Counted from the first letter of the stretch, positions 10,149-20,623 are shown. The stretch: 64,000 bases of DNA from Ignavibacteriales bacterium (GCA_016192345.1 JACPUH010000021.1:58523-122522), one strand, 5' to 3'. Translations and numbers: made by a program. The notes: generated from the sequence alone by a model not told the origin.

Positions 10149-12494
10149 TTACGGGATCGCCTCGAATCGGAGTGTCCCGATTGGATACCTTCTCCAATCC
10201 CGGTAATCAAAATGCCACCATTCCCATTCGTACACGTCGAACCCCTCCGCTTCCATAGCCGAGCGCAGCACCTCCCGATGCCATCGTTGAAGCGAGGTGC
10301 CCCCGGGATATTCGGGAAAGGCACGGTCGGAAAATTCATCGTAGCCGCTGACCATCTCGACCGGCTTCCCGATCTTGAGATCATACAAGGTCAAGTCTAC
10401 TGCACAACCCCGGTTATGGCGTGATCCCTTTAACGGATCAGCCACAAACACTCTCTTCTCCTCCGGCGTTGCATCCCAGAACATTTTCGTGACAAACCAT
10501 GGTCGATACCCGTCATGGATCATCAATCCGTACCCAAGGTCCTTCAGTTTCCGGTGCGCACGGACCAGTGCTTCCGCCGCGGGGCGTTGCAGGAACGCTT
10601 TTGCTTCGGAATAGAACACGGAATTCATGAAATTATTCTTTGACGCATAGCGGATGTCGAGCTTGATCGTCGAATCAAGGGATGAGAGGCTGACCAGGTC
10701 CGATTTGTAGAATTCCCCCTCTTCCCGTGGTGGTTGTGCCGCCAGGGCTTCCGTTCTCAAAGCTTCGATCGGCTTGAGGGGCCGGATCTTGAACGTTCCT
10801 CCCTCCTCGCCGTCGATTTTTCTGCGTTGAAAAAGAACACCCGCCGCTTCAACCCCGATGATCTTCCCGTTCTTTTCTCTGCGGAAGCGAAGTCTTTCCC
10901 CGGGGTATAACCCATACTCCGGGAACTCATACTCGTCCCGCTTGATTTCCCGGAGGGGATAGAGATCGAACCACTCTATCAGGCACATGAGTTTTCCGTC
11001 CTTTTCGAGGATGTACAGGATATTATGATCCCAACCATATTCTCCGAGAAGTCCCTTCCAGCGATCGGGAACCGGTTGCGGTTTCCGCTCCTCCGTTCTG
11101 ATCAGGGTATCCCGATCCACGACCAGGGCATCGGGAGAGATCATCAGGAATTGCATCCCCACACTCAATCGGTCATCGGTCACAAGCAGGGAACCGGAAA
11201 GTTTGAGTTTTAGACCTGTCCGCGAACCTGTCGCCGCGACAAGGGTTCCATTCCGATTGATGAGGCGGACGCTTTTTGCTCCTTTGGTGTACAGCCCCGC
11301 CAGACGGGGAACGTCTGCCGGATGAATGGGAAATGTCGGCTGAATGACCGGCCGGGCTTCTCCTTCCCTGTACGCAAGCATGAAGTGAAATGCATAGTCT
11401 GCCATCCTCGTGAGCACCGCGTTGACGACATCGACGGAGGCCATAAGAACAATGCCGAGTTTCTCCTCCGGGAGAGCCGCGAGCTCTGTACTGAATCCGT
11501 AGACTGCTCCCCCATGGCCAACCCGCAGGTATCCCTCGAAATCGGAAATGGCAAAACCGAGTCCGAATCCCGATCGCCGTTCCACCGGAACAAACTGCGG
11601 CACCCACATCTGTGCAAGAGTCTGCGGTTTCAGAACACGGCCCTTCTCTCCTTCGCCGCCATTGAACAGTGCGGCGAGAAATTTTCCCAAGTCGATGACG
11701 TTGGAAGTCAAATTCCCGGCCGGCCCCGTTCCCAGTTGAAATGTCGGAGCGGGAAAGGTACGACCGTCAACGGTCCACATCGTCCCCCGGGCAAGTTGTT
11801 CGCGGACCCGCCCCGTCTGCGCAAACGAACTTGACCCCATGCCTATGCGGTCAAGGACGGCGTCCTGAATGTACGCTTCAAATGGCACGCCTTTCATCCT
11901 CTCCAGCACGGCACCAACTGTTGCAACGCCCGCGTTGGAGTACTTGGTGCGTGTTCCCGGCTCGTAGACGAGCGCTGCGCCGTTCAGGCTTTCAATCGTG
12001 GCCGCCAGCGACGGTTCGTTGGGATCGAAGTAGTGACCCACCGGAGACTCCCTGACCAATCCCGACCGGTGTGACATCAGTTGCCGGAGCGTGATGGGTT
12101 TCCGGAACGGATTGCGGGGCTGAAACGACGGAAGGTAACGCGTGATTGGCGCATCGAGATCGATCTCACCACGCTCGACAAGTTGCATGATGCCGATGTC
12201 GGTAAAGAGCTTGGAGACGGAGCCGGCGCGGTAGAGGGTTTCATAGGTGGCAGGGATCTTTTTCTCCGGGTCGGCAAAGCCGAACCCTTCCGCCCAGATG
12301 ATGGTCTGGTCTTCAACCAACGCAACGGAGAGTGCCGGTATGTTCTTATCCTGCATCTCTTGCTGGATAAACTCCCGCAGGATCGTGATGACGGGCCGGT
12401 AGTCCCCTCCCCGTTCCTGCCCATGCAAAAGCCCGGGGACGGAAAGGGACAATACCATCCACGCAGACAGAACTCCCGTGCACCATCGTTGCAT
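10149..12494 (-). CDS. fusion protein: N-terminal beta-lactamase/PBP-fold serine hydrolase plus C-terminal VanX-type (M15D) D-Ala-D-Ala dipeptidase
   Basis: 781 aa with a signal peptide. The N-terminal domain carries an SxxK motif (AGSVSKLFTDIGIMQLVERGEIDLDAPI). The C-terminal domain has SRHNRGCAVDLTL and EWEWWHFDY, the Zn-ligand and catalytic Glu/His motifs of VanX/DdpX dipeptidases. Confidence 0.75.
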   Translation of the reverse strand: MQRWCTGVLSAWMVLSLSVPGLLHGQERGGDYRPVITILREFIQQEMQDKNIPALSVALVEDQTIIWAEGFGFADPEKKIPATYETLYRAGSVSKLFTDIGIMQLVERGEIDLDAPITRYLPSFQPRNPFRKPITLRQLMSHRSGLVRESPVGHYFDPNEPSLAATIESLNGAALVYEPGTRTKYSNAGVATVGAVLERMKGVPFEAYIQDAVLDRIGMGSSSFAQTGRVREQLARGTMWTVDGRTFPAPTFQLGTGPAGNLTSNVIDLGKFLAALFNGGEGEKGRVLKPQTLAQMWVPQFVPVERRSGFGLGFAISDFEGYLRVGHGGAVYGFSTELAALPEEKLGIVLMASVDVVNAVLTRMADYAFHFMLAYREGEARPVIQPTFPIHPADVPRLAGLYTKGAKSVRLINRNGTLVAATGSRTGLKLKLSGSLLVTDDRLSVGMQFLMISPDALVVDRDTLIRTEERKPQPVPDRWKGLLGEYGWDHNILYILEKDGKLMCLIEWFDLYPLREIKRDEYEFPEYGLYPGERLRFRREKNGKIIGVEAAGVLFQRRKIDGEEGGTFKIRPLKPIEALRTEALAAQPPREEGEFYKSDLVSLSSLDSTIKLDIRYASKNNFMNSVFYSEAKAFLQRPAAEALVRAHRKLKDLGYGLMIHDGYRPWFVTKMFWDATPEEKRVFVADPLKGSRHNRGCAVDLTLYDLKIGKPVEMVSGYDEFSDRAFPEYPGGTSLQRWHREVLRSAMEAEGFDVYEWEWWHFDYRDWRRYPIGTLRFEAIP

Positions 12495-12512
12495 ATCGTT
12501 TCTCCTTGAGTG

Positions 12513-13373
12513 CTAAAAAGCGAGAATGCTCTTCATTCTCGACAAGAGTGGCTGAATCTCCCGGTCCCAGTATTGCCAACTATGTCCGCCGGGTGTTTCA
12601 TGGTATTCGTAGTGAGCCCCGGAGGCACGGAGCTGATCGGTCAAAGCCCTGTGAGCAGGGAGGAAATCACGAAACCCGTCGCTGGTCCCGATAACAAAGT
12701 AGAAGAACGGAAGTGAGTCCCGGACAACTTCCTGAGCAAGAAGCATGACGTCGTGCCGGTTCTGGAAATCGACATCCCGTTCACCGAACGCCCGTCGGAG
12801 GCTCGGCAGCAGATTTCGCCCCGGGGTACGGAGGGTATCGGCCATGGCGCGCGGGTAGCTCAGCGCCCCGCTCAACGATCCGACAAACCGGAACCGGGTT
12901 GGATGCTTCAGAGCAAGCATGATCGCGCCGTACCCTCCCATCGAAAGGCCGGCGATTCCCTGTTTCGCCGTATCAACCGAGTATCGTTGTTGGATGTGCC
13001 GGGGAAGATCCTTCATCACATAGTCCTCAAACCGGTCTTGTTCCACGGTGGCGGAGTTGACATACCATGAGTTCTCCGCATCCGGCATCACGACAATCAA
13101 CCGAAGTTTGCCGACATACGTCCCGAGTTTTGTCAACGATGCCCAGTTGGTATGATCACCACTGTACCCATGGAGCAGGTACAGCACCGGGTAGCGAACG
13201 CGCGGGTTGTACGGCTCGGGGAGAAGAACAGAAACACTTTTAATTCTGCCGAGACTGGGTGCGTAGAAACTGTCCACGCGGACAGAAGACTGCGACCAGC
13301 CTGGTTGGGTTCCAAAGAACAAAGCCGCAAGGGACAGGCCGATAGGGAACAATAATTTACTGGAGAGGCGCAT
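12513..13373 (-). CDS. putative esterase (esterase D / alpha-beta hydrolase family), secreted
   Basis: Track ORF trimmed to Met MRLSSKLLFPIGLSLAALFFG (signal peptide). Motifs YPVLYLLHGYSGDHTNW and GLSMGGYGA (GxSxG nucleophile elbow) are typical of the PF00756-type esterases. Confidence 0.7.
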   Translation of the reverse strand: MRLSSKLLFPIGLSLAALFFGTQPGWSQSSVRVDSFYAPSLGRIKSVSVLLPEPYNPRVRYPVLYLLHGYSGDHTNWASLTKLGTYVGKLRLIVVMPDAENSWYVNSATVEQDRFEDYVMKDLPRHIQQRYSVDTAKQGIAGLSMGGYGAIMLALKHPTRFRFVGSLSGALSYPRAMADTLRTPGRNLLPSLRRAFGERDVDFQNRHDVMLLAQEVVRDSLPFFYFVIGTSDGFRDFLPAHRALTDQLRASGAHYEYHETPGGHSWQYWDREIQPLLSRMKSILAF

Positions 13374-13396
13374 ACGGATCCTGTTCAATGGAGGGG

Positions 13397-15553
13397 TCAC
13401 AACATACCGCTTCGCTTTCGTAAAACCCATTCCGCCGCAAAAAACGCGACCACGAGGGCAAGCATCCAGCTTTTGTTCCAAAGTTCAATCTCGCTTGATC
13501 GCACCACCTCCCTCGGCCGGAAACCCGGCAGCGCGGCAATATCATCGGCGAGAGTCTCGATGGCCGATGCCTCATAGTACCTTCCTCCTGTCCGCGTCGC
13601 AAGTTGCCGGAGGAGCAGGGAATTCATCCGCGTATTCTGAAACTCGACGTTCAACCCGCCAACGGAAAAGGTTCCGCGCTCCTCCCCGAGCATCCTTCCC
13701 CCTGCGCTCACAACTGCCGAAAATGAGTAGTCCCCTTCCTCCAATTGCTCGATGGCTCCCTCAAACCGACCGCTCCCCAACGGGTTAAGCGAGAACTGGC
13801 TCACGGTACCACCACGGGTGACCCTTACCTGAATCTCTGCATCCTCGATGGGGGTGTACGTCGGGTCGTAGACCTGTCCCGTGAATTCGACCGGCTCCTG
13901 ACTCTCAAACAATTGCTTGACTGCTTGAACCCTGACGGGCCGGTCATCCTCCCGCGTCGTCAGCCAGCGAACAGTAGTACTGAGAAATTCCTCGACAAGG
14001 GTTTGTGCGCCGGGAATCGTACCGGCAAGCAACGACCATCGCCAGACACCATACCCGAGAAGCGCCACGGTTTTTCGCCGGTTGACATTCCGGGTCACTA
14101 GGAGAGGGTCGTTGGTGGTTACCGATTGAATCCTCGTTAGTCCCAGAACATCCGATTCGGGTTTCGCCCTGAAGCCCGCACCGCTCACGAACAGCGGTGG
14201 AAGTTGCGCCCACAGTTCCATGGGGGCTGTCGTTTTCACAAGGACATTATTGCGGGCCATCTCCGGAATCAACAAGAAGACTTGCTGCTCACCGGAGTGT
14301 GGGCGTTGGATGGTGAAAGGAAGAACCTGATCCATCCCTCGCAATTTCTCAAGATCAACGGTTCTGCTCATGACAAGGAAAAGACCCTTCCCCGCCGCGA
14401 CACCGGATGTCAGTGCAGAGAGGACCGCCTGCGAGCTGGTCGCTCCGGGAAAGCCAATCGCCACGATGCAGTCCGTTTCCACGAACGTATTCGGCGTGAC
14501 CGGTCCTTCATAGAACCCTCCGTCCTTCCGCTCGACAAACGTTCGCACTTCGATATTCCCATCCTGTTCGAGTGCGCGTCGAATGAACGCAACGTCGGGA
14601 CCGGGAGCGCCGGCGATGAGGGTCACCTTCATTTTGCTTTTGAGAACTTTCGTAAAAAACAGGGACCGGTTGTTCTGGGTCGAAACTTCCCCGGGAAGCC
14701 GGGAAACCTCAACGGTCAACCGCTGGGTCCCCTCCTCCCCGGCAATAAAGCTCATCGCGACGGCGTATTCCCGGGTCCCCGGTTGGAGGGTCAATGTTCG
14801 CCGGTCGAGAACACCCGAGGCATCCCGCAGGAGAACCTCAACCTGTTCATTCGTATAGCCGGAGCTTGAGATCGTCACGTTCACCGGTACTCGGTTCCCG
14901 GCATACGTGATCGTGTTGGTGACAACCCGCCGTACGAGCACATCCTGTTGATCGCTTGTATCGCCGATGCCGATCGTGAAGATCGGGATGCCGATCTCTT
15001 CGGCTTCGAACAGGGGACTGGAGCCCGTCGTCGTATTGCCGTCGCTGACAAGAAGGACCGATTGAACGTTCCCCTTGACAGCCTCCTCCTTTGCGCGTCT
15101 CAAGGCCTGACCGATATCCGTACCCTCTCCGGCAAACGTCAGGGAATCCGGATGGCCTGCCGGCAGGAATCGTGTGCGGGTGTCGAAGATACCGTATTGC
15201 ACATGCCCAAGGCGATCCAGGCGTTGAACAACGGAAGATTGAAGCACTTCCCTCATCGCCGCACGACGGTCGCCGGCCTTGTCGCTGATCGTCAAGCTCT
15301 TTGAATTATCGGTGAGGAGTATAATGGCAGGAGGATCCGTTGTGCGATGGAGCAGGGAAAGAAGCGGCTCGCCGATGAGGAGGAGGATGAAAAACAACCC
15401 AAGCCCACGGAGGATGATGAGCGCTGCTTTGAGGTTGCGGGGGATCGGGGGAACAGTGAACCGATAGAGAAACCATGCGAGCAAGAGAGTGGCCACACCG
15501 CCACCAACAACCAACAGGATATCGATCGATGTGGTGAAATGAATTTCGGGCAT
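13397..15553 (-). CDS. BatA-like protein: N-terminal double-transmembrane region plus vWA domain with MIDAS motif
   Basis: 718 aa. Two N-terminal hydrophobic helices (ILLVVGGGVATLLLAWFLY ; LIILRGLGLFFILLLIGEPLLSLLHR) resemble the N-terminal double-TM domain of aerotolerance BatA-type proteins. They are followed by ILLTDNSKS (DxSxS), GTDIGQAL and LLVSDGNTTTG, the vWA MIDAS residues. It lies downstream of the MoxR ATPase. Confidence 0.6.
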   Translation of the reverse strand: MPEIHFTTSIDILLVVGGGVATLLLAWFLYRFTVPPIPRNLKAALIILRGLGLFFILLLIGEPLLSLLHRTTDPPAIILLTDNSKSLTISDKAGDRRAAMREVLQSSVVQRLDRLGHVQYGIFDTRTRFLPAGHPDSLTFAGEGTDIGQALRRAKEEAVKGNVQSVLLVSDGNTTTGSSPLFEAEEIGIPIFTIGIGDTSDQQDVLVRRVVTNTITYAGNRVPVNVTISSSGYTNEQVEVLLRDASGVLDRRTLTLQPGTREYAVAMSFIAGEEGTQRLTVEVSRLPGEVSTQNNRSLFFTKVLKSKMKVTLIAGAPGPDVAFIRRALEQDGNIEVRTFVERKDGGFYEGPVTPNTFVETDCIVAIGFPGATSSQAVLSALTSGVAAGKGLFLVMSRTVDLEKLRGMDQVLPFTIQRPHSGEQQVFLLIPEMARNNVLVKTTAPMELWAQLPPLFVSGAGFRAKPESDVLGLTRIQSVTTNDPLLVTRNVNRRKTVALLGYGVWRWSLLAGTIPGAQTLVEEFLSTTVRWLTTREDDRPVRVQAVKQLFESQEPVEFTGQVYDPTYTPIEDAEIQVRVTRGGTVSQFSLNPLGSGRFEGAIEQLEEGDYSFSAVVSAGGRMLGEERGTFSVGGLNVEFQNTRMNSLLLRQLATRTGGRYYEASAIETLADDIAALPGFRPREVVRSSEIELWNKSWMLALVVAFFAAEWVLRKRSGML

Positions 15554-15612
15554 GGGGAAGTTCCGGAAGAGACCCCGGCGTCAGAAGAACCCCGAGGGCA
15601 TATCGATGATGG

Positions 15613-17319
15613 CTATTTCAAGTAGAGCATCTTGCCGGTCAGCACGGAACCCGGTGTGGTGAGACGATAGAGGTAAAGACCGGTTGCAACTTGCGCGCCG
15701 GCATCATTCCGGCCGTCGTTCCAAACAATGCGATTTTGCCCCGGCCGGCTTACGCCGGTAAACAAGGTCCGCACCTTCTGGCCAAGAGCATTAAACACCA
15801 CAAGCTCCACCGGATGAACACCCGGAGCGCCGAAAACGATGGAAGTCCCGGCATTAAAGGGATTGGGATAGTTGTTATACAAAACAAACCGATCCGGGAC
15901 CGTTGTGAAAACGAGTCCCACGGCTTCCAAGGCATTCAGCAAACCCGATCCGGTGAAATTGTTCGGAATGGGTGTCTCGAGAGGGCTGGCGGTGGAAATC
16001 ATCCGTGCCCGGACTTCCAAGGGAGTCAATTCGGGATGAGCGGAAAGAATCAGCGCGGCAACGCCGGCCGCGAGAGGGGTGGAGAAGGATGTTCCGTTCG
16101 CAAACGTATAACCTCCTTCACCATACATCGCGTAGACGCCGACACCCTGGGCAACGACTTCGGGTTTAATCCGACCGTCGGCTGTTGGACCGGTGGAACT
16201 GAAACCGGCCTTTCCTCCGTCGGACAACGTGGCACCGACCGAAACAATGCTGTCCGCGTCCGAAGGCGCAATGAGTGTACCGGTCTCCCGCGTTTGCGCG
16301 TTGCGGTACGTCCCTTCGTTCCCCATCGCCGTGACGTGGAGGACCCCTTTGCGTGCAAGGATACGCGCGGCTTTTGTCGTTGTCGCTGTCGCCCCATCCA
16401 GATCACTGTAGGAATACCAATCGATGTAGCCGAGGGAACTGGAGACAATATCCGCTCCATTCCGTTCCAGCCATTCGAGCCCTTCGATGTAGAGATCCTC
16501 TTCAACTTGAATTTCCACGCTGTCGATTTCCGTCTTGGCCAGAAGGAACGATGCACCGTACGCCGCCCCAATCAATTTCCCCTCCTCATAGCCCCCCACC
16601 ACGGAAAGCGTGCCGGCACCATGGTTTCCCTGTCCTGAGTATTCCCCCGGTGCGCGCATGGTATTGTTGTCCCTCTGGATAAAGTCATACTCCGCCAGCA
16701 CACTGATATTCCGCAACGCGGGGTGGACCCGGTGCTCGTTGAACCCATCATCGATCATTCCGATGACAACATCCTGACCCGTGATCCCTTTCGCATGGAC
16801 ATCCACCACTTTAATGCCGTTCAATTGAACGAAAGAAGAGCCATACTCCGGGACGGCTGTCCCGCCGAGTTTGTGAAGAGTATTGAAGGGACCAACGGGA
16901 GAGATTTCCGGTTGATGTTTCCTGAACACCGCGACCGGTTTGATGGAGGCAACCCAGGGGAGGGTTTGAATGGTTGGGAGATGCCGGGGACTGATTTCGA
17001 CGGAGACGGCATTGAACCAGCGTGAGACCGATCGAATACGGGCACCTTGTGCACGAAGAAGCTGAAGGTACCGGTCTGCAACCGGCAGGTCTCGTTCATC
17101 AAGGAGCCGATCCTGCGGCAGCACTTTTGCTCTTCGCCGGAGTGCATGGTCGCTAATTCCCAGTTCGCGGGCGAAGGAATGGGTTTGGAGTAGCACGGCA
17201 TCATCGCCACGATCCCGCAGAGCAACCCAGAATCGCTGCGACTGCGCAACGCTCTCTCCCACCGCACCCAGGAAGAACCAACAAATAAGAACAAGGGGGA
17301 CGATAGGAACGGCCTTCAT
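15613..17319 (-). CDS. subtilisin-like serine peptidase (S8) with T9SS C-terminal domain
   Basis: Catalytic triad motifs are present: VIGMIDDGF (Asp), GNHGAGTLSVVGG (His) and GTSFSTPLAAGVAALILS (Ser). The C-terminus LVVFNALGQKVRTLF...GLYLYRLTTPGSVLTGKMLYLK is a T9SS CTD. Start was moved to MKAVPIVPLVLICWFFLGAV (signal peptide, AGGAC 5 nt upstream); the track start is 17358. Confidence 0.85.
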   Translation of the reverse strand: MKAVPIVPLVLICWFFLGAVGESVAQSQRFWVALRDRGDDAVLLQTHSFARELGISDHALRRRAKVLPQDRLLDERDLPVADRYLQLLRAQGARIRSVSRWFNAVSVEISPRHLPTIQTLPWVASIKPVAVFRKHQPEISPVGPFNTLHKLGGTAVPEYGSSFVQLNGIKVVDVHAKGITGQDVVIGMIDDGFNEHRVHPALRNISVLAEYDFIQRDNNTMRAPGEYSGQGNHGAGTLSVVGGYEEGKLIGAAYGASFLLAKTEIDSVEIQVEEDLYIEGLEWLERNGADIVSSSLGYIDWYSYSDLDGATATTTKAARILARKGVLHVTAMGNEGTYRNAQTRETGTLIAPSDADSIVSVGATLSDGGKAGFSSTGPTADGRIKPEVVAQGVGVYAMYGEGGYTFANGTSFSTPLAAGVAALILSAHPELTPLEVRARMISTASPLETPIPNNFTGSGLLNALEAVGLVFTTVPDRFVLYNNYPNPFNAGTSIVFGAPGVHPVELVVFNALGQKVRTLFTGVSRPGQNRIVWNDGRNDAGAQVATGLYLYRLTTPGSVLTGKMLYLK

Positions 17320-17382
17320 CGTCCTCGGTTGCGTCATGTTCATCGTTCGTTGTTCCACGTCCAGGCTCCCCTGCGGACGCCT

Positions 17383-18375
17383 TCAATCCGCGTCGGTCAA
17401 AAGCTTGTCGATAATCTGTACTGTCGATACCCCTTCCGCTTCGGCATTAAAACTTGTGACGAGGCGATGGCGCAGCACGGGGCCGGCCAGGGCTTTCACA
17501 TCATCGATATCGGGAGTATGCCTCCCGTTCAGGATCGCCCGGGTTTTGGCGCCAAGAATGAGGTATTGTGAAGCACGCGGGCCTGCACCCCAGCGGATCC
17601 AATTTTTGATAAACGCTGGCGCTTCGGGGGATTGGGGGCGGGTTTTATCGACCAGGGTGACGGCAAATTGAATCACGTTATCAGCCACAGGAACACGTCG
17701 CACCAGCTCCTGGAAGGCAACAATTTCACCAGCATTCAAAACCTGCCGCAGGTCGGGTTGATAGGGACTTGTTGTCGCCTTGACGATGGCAACCTCCTCC
17801 TCGAACGACGGATAGTCAAGCCAGAGGTTGAACATGAACCGGTCGAGTTGTGCCTCCGGGAGTGGGTAGGTCCCTTCCTGCTCGATCGGGTTCTGGGTCG
17901 CAAGGACGAAGAACGGCTCTTCCAGCGTGTAGGTGTGTCCGGCCGCGGTGACATGGTGTTCCTGCATGGATTCCAGCAGCGCGGCCTGTGTTTTGGGAGG
18001 AGTGCGGTTGATCTCGTCCGCGAGGATGATGTTGGCGAACACCGGGCCGTGGACAAATTTGAACGATTTTCCTCCGGTGGAAACGTTCTCCTCGATGATC
18101 TCCGTTCCCGTGATATCGCTCGGCATCAGGTCCGGCGTAAACTGGATGCGGCTGAATTTGAGATCGAGCGCTTCCGAAAGCGTTTTAATCAAAAGTGTCT
18201 TGGCAAGCCCCGGCACTCCAACCAGCAGGCAATGCCCCTTCGCCAGCAATGCGATCAGAAGGTGTTCCACAACCTGGTCCTGACCGACGATCACCTTGGC
18301 AATTTCGGCGCGAATGTTTTTATAGCCCTGCGCGAGCGCGCGAACCGCCTCTAAGTCATTCGTCTGTTGTGCCAC
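17383..18375 (-). CDS. MoxR-family AAA+ ATPase
   Basis: 330 aa. Walker A reads GHCLLVGVPGLAKTLLIKTLSEAL. The AAA_3/MoxR architecture has a conserved C-terminal helical bundle. Confidence 0.9.
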   Translation of the reverse strand: MAQQTNDLEAVRALAQGYKNIRAEIAKVIVGQDQVVEHLLIALLAKGHCLLVGVPGLAKTLLIKTLSEALDLKFSRIQFTPDLMPSDITGTEIIEENVSTGGKSFKFVHGPVFANIILADEINRTPPKTQAALLESMQEHHVTAAGHTYTLEEPFFVLATQNPIEQEGTYPLPEAQLDRFMFNLWLDYPSFEEEVAIVKATTSPYQPDLRQVLNAGEIVAFQELVRRVPVADNVIQFAVTLVDKTRPQSPEAPAFIKNWIRWGAGPRASQYLILGAKTRAILNGRHTPDIDDVKALAGPVLRHRLVTSFNAEAEGVSTVQIIDKLLTDAD

Positions 18376-18465
18376 GTGCGCCTTCCTGCTGTCCTGGAAT
18401 CGTTACCTGCAAGTGTTTCTCTTCCCGTTGTTTGTCATCCCCGGTCTTACAGGGGACGGGGAGTC

Positions 18466-19746
18466 TTACAGCCGGATCTCCCAATAGATCGATCTCTTTA
18501 ATTCCTCCACCCATTCCGCGTTCAACCGGTTTTTCTTAACGAACAGGGCCATCTGTTCGACGCGTTTGTAATCATCCTGCAAGTTCATGGCATGGGCCGG
18601 CACCCGCCGGCGGACATATACAATCTGGTAACCGTAAGAGGCACGAACGGGGACGCGGTGCGCCTCAGTGATTTCCCCCTCCTTCAGGTTCCTGACAACA
18701 CTGGCAAACGCCTCTTCAAGCTGGTCTGCAGCAATGCGACCAAGGTCGCCGCCGACCGATTTTGTTTCCTCATCTTCCGAGTACTTTCGTGCAAGCTCGG
18801 CAAAGGATTCCCCCTTCAGCACCCGTTCCCGCAGTGTCCGGAGTTGTTGGACCGCCGCTGAGTCGCTTTCCGGTCCCTGCTGGATGCGCAGGAGAATGTG
18901 CCGTGAATGCACCGTTTCTCCCCTTCGCTCGATCAATTGGACGATATGATACCCGAATTCGGTTTTGAAGACATTGGAGATTTCCTTCTCCTTCAGAGAA
19001 AAGACCGCCTCCTCAAACTCAGGCACGAACACAACGCCCCGTTTTGCCCACCCGAGATCGCCTCCGCCCGGCGCGCTTCCGTCCTGAGAATATCGCTTTG
19101 CAAAATCCCCAAAATCACCCCCGGCGACAATGCTGTCGCGAATCGCGGCCAGCCGTTGGCGCGTCAGTTCTTCATGAGTGGTGTCAGGCCTCGGCTTCAC
19201 AAAGATATGGCTGAGTTCCAATTCCTCCGGGACGGACGGCAGGCTGTCCTTGTAGGCTTCATAGAATTCCTCGACTTCCCTCCGGGTGACCTGCATGGAT
19301 GCTTCCCGCTGCTGGCGGATACGCTGGATGAGCAATTGCTTTCGCATTTCGGGGCGGTATTCCCGCTTCAGACGGCTGACCGATTTTCCGTAGAGTTCCT
19401 CGACGCGCTGTTCGGAGCCTGCCTGTCGAATGATGTTCTGAAACTGTTGTTCCAGGGTGCGCGTCACTTCCTCTTCAGTCACCGAGACGCTGTCTAAAAT
19501 CGCCTGTGCGAGGATCAGTTTCTCCGAAACCATCGATTCCAAAACCTGTTTCTTCAATTGCGGGTCGTTGGCATTGAGCCGATTTTGCATCGCGATCATA
19601 GTCAACCGCTCTGCCACATCGCTCTCCGTGATGATCTCCTTGTCGACCACCGCGGCAACTTTATCGATCAGCACCTGAGCATACGTTCCCTGGACGCCTG
19701 CGAGCACGACAACCATGAAACCGGCAACAACGACTCTGCAAATCAT
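18466..19746 (-). CDS. SurA-like periplasmic chaperone / peptidyl-prolyl isomerase with two parvulin (PpiC) domains
   Basis: 426 aa with a signal peptide. Two PpiC signatures are present: GGDLGWAKRGVVFVPEFEEAVF...GYHIVQL and GGDLGRIAADQLEEAFASVV...YGYQIVYV. Confidence 0.8.
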   Translation of the reverse strand: MICRVVVAGFMVVVLAGVQGTYAQVLIDKVAAVVDKEIITESDVAERLTMIAMQNRLNANDPQLKKQVLESMVSEKLILAQAILDSVSVTEEEVTRTLEQQFQNIIRQAGSEQRVEELYGKSVSRLKREYRPEMRKQLLIQRIRQQREASMQVTRREVEEFYEAYKDSLPSVPEELELSHIFVKPRPDTTHEELTRQRLAAIRDSIVAGGDFGDFAKRYSQDGSAPGGGDLGWAKRGVVFVPEFEEAVFSLKEKEISNVFKTEFGYHIVQLIERRGETVHSRHILLRIQQGPESDSAAVQQLRTLRERVLKGESFAELARKYSEDEETKSVGGDLGRIAADQLEEAFASVVRNLKEGEITEAHRVPVRASYGYQIVYVRRRVPAHAMNLQDDYKRVEQMALFVKKNRLNAEWVEELKRSIYWEIRL

Positions 19747-19768
19747 ACGTCACTCCTCTTCCATAACG

Positions 19769-20623
19769 CTAACTGGTGGAATCATCATCGACCGATTGAA
19801 CTAATATTTCAACAGCATGCCTGGCCCGAAGGTTCTCGATCAACGTGGTTAACAAGCGCTGGCGCCGTTCCATGGCCAGCCGGCCGCGGATCTCCCGCTC
19901 CACGTACGCGAGGTCGGCCGTTTGTCCCTGGCGGCTCAGTTTCCACGGGATCAGGATATAAAAACCGTCGTTCGTCTGGATGGGAAACGACGGCCCAACT
20001 CTTGTCCCTGCCGCAGCAACACGCCAGAGTTCAACGGGGAATAATGTATTTTGCGTATGGTACATTGAATCGACCCGGGCCACGACAAGGTCAGACGCTT
20101 GCGGGTCCGCAAGAGTTGCCTGCAATGCTTCACTCCAGGGGGTTCCTCGCAGGACAGCCGTGCGGAACGAATTTGCCGCATCGCGGTCGGAAAACAAAAC
20201 AAAGCTCACGAGCGCAAGGTCGGTGGGAAGAGCGAATTCAGGTTGATGCTTATCGTAGTACGCCTGAATTTCTTCCGGAGGGCTTTCCAGCGTCTTCTCA
20301 TTGTAGATTTCTTCTTCCAGCAACGCGTTAATCGCCAATTGCCGCTTTACCTCTTCCAGCCGGGTTGTGACCCGTTGGTCCCGGTCTAACCCGCGGCGCA
20401 CTGCTTCGTCGAACAGGATTTCGTTGTTGATCCAGCGACGGATGTATTCCTGTAATTGCGCGTCGGAGATGCCGTGTGTGGAATCCAGTTGTGCACGGAC
20501 CGATTCAAGCGTCAACGTCCGGTTGTCGATGCGGGCAACCGGTGTCTGCGGCGGTTCCGCATCCCGGCACCCACCGGCAACCGACACGATGAACAGGAGC
20601 AGGATGGCGTCAGTGGGCCGCAC
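19769..20623 (-). CDS. SurA-N-like lipoprotein chaperone with degenerate parvulin domain
   Basis: 284 aa. [19 protein letters not shown] gives a lipobox. The C-terminal half is parvulin-like but lacks the GGDLG motif. It overlaps the upstream gene by 14 nt. Confidence 0.5.
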
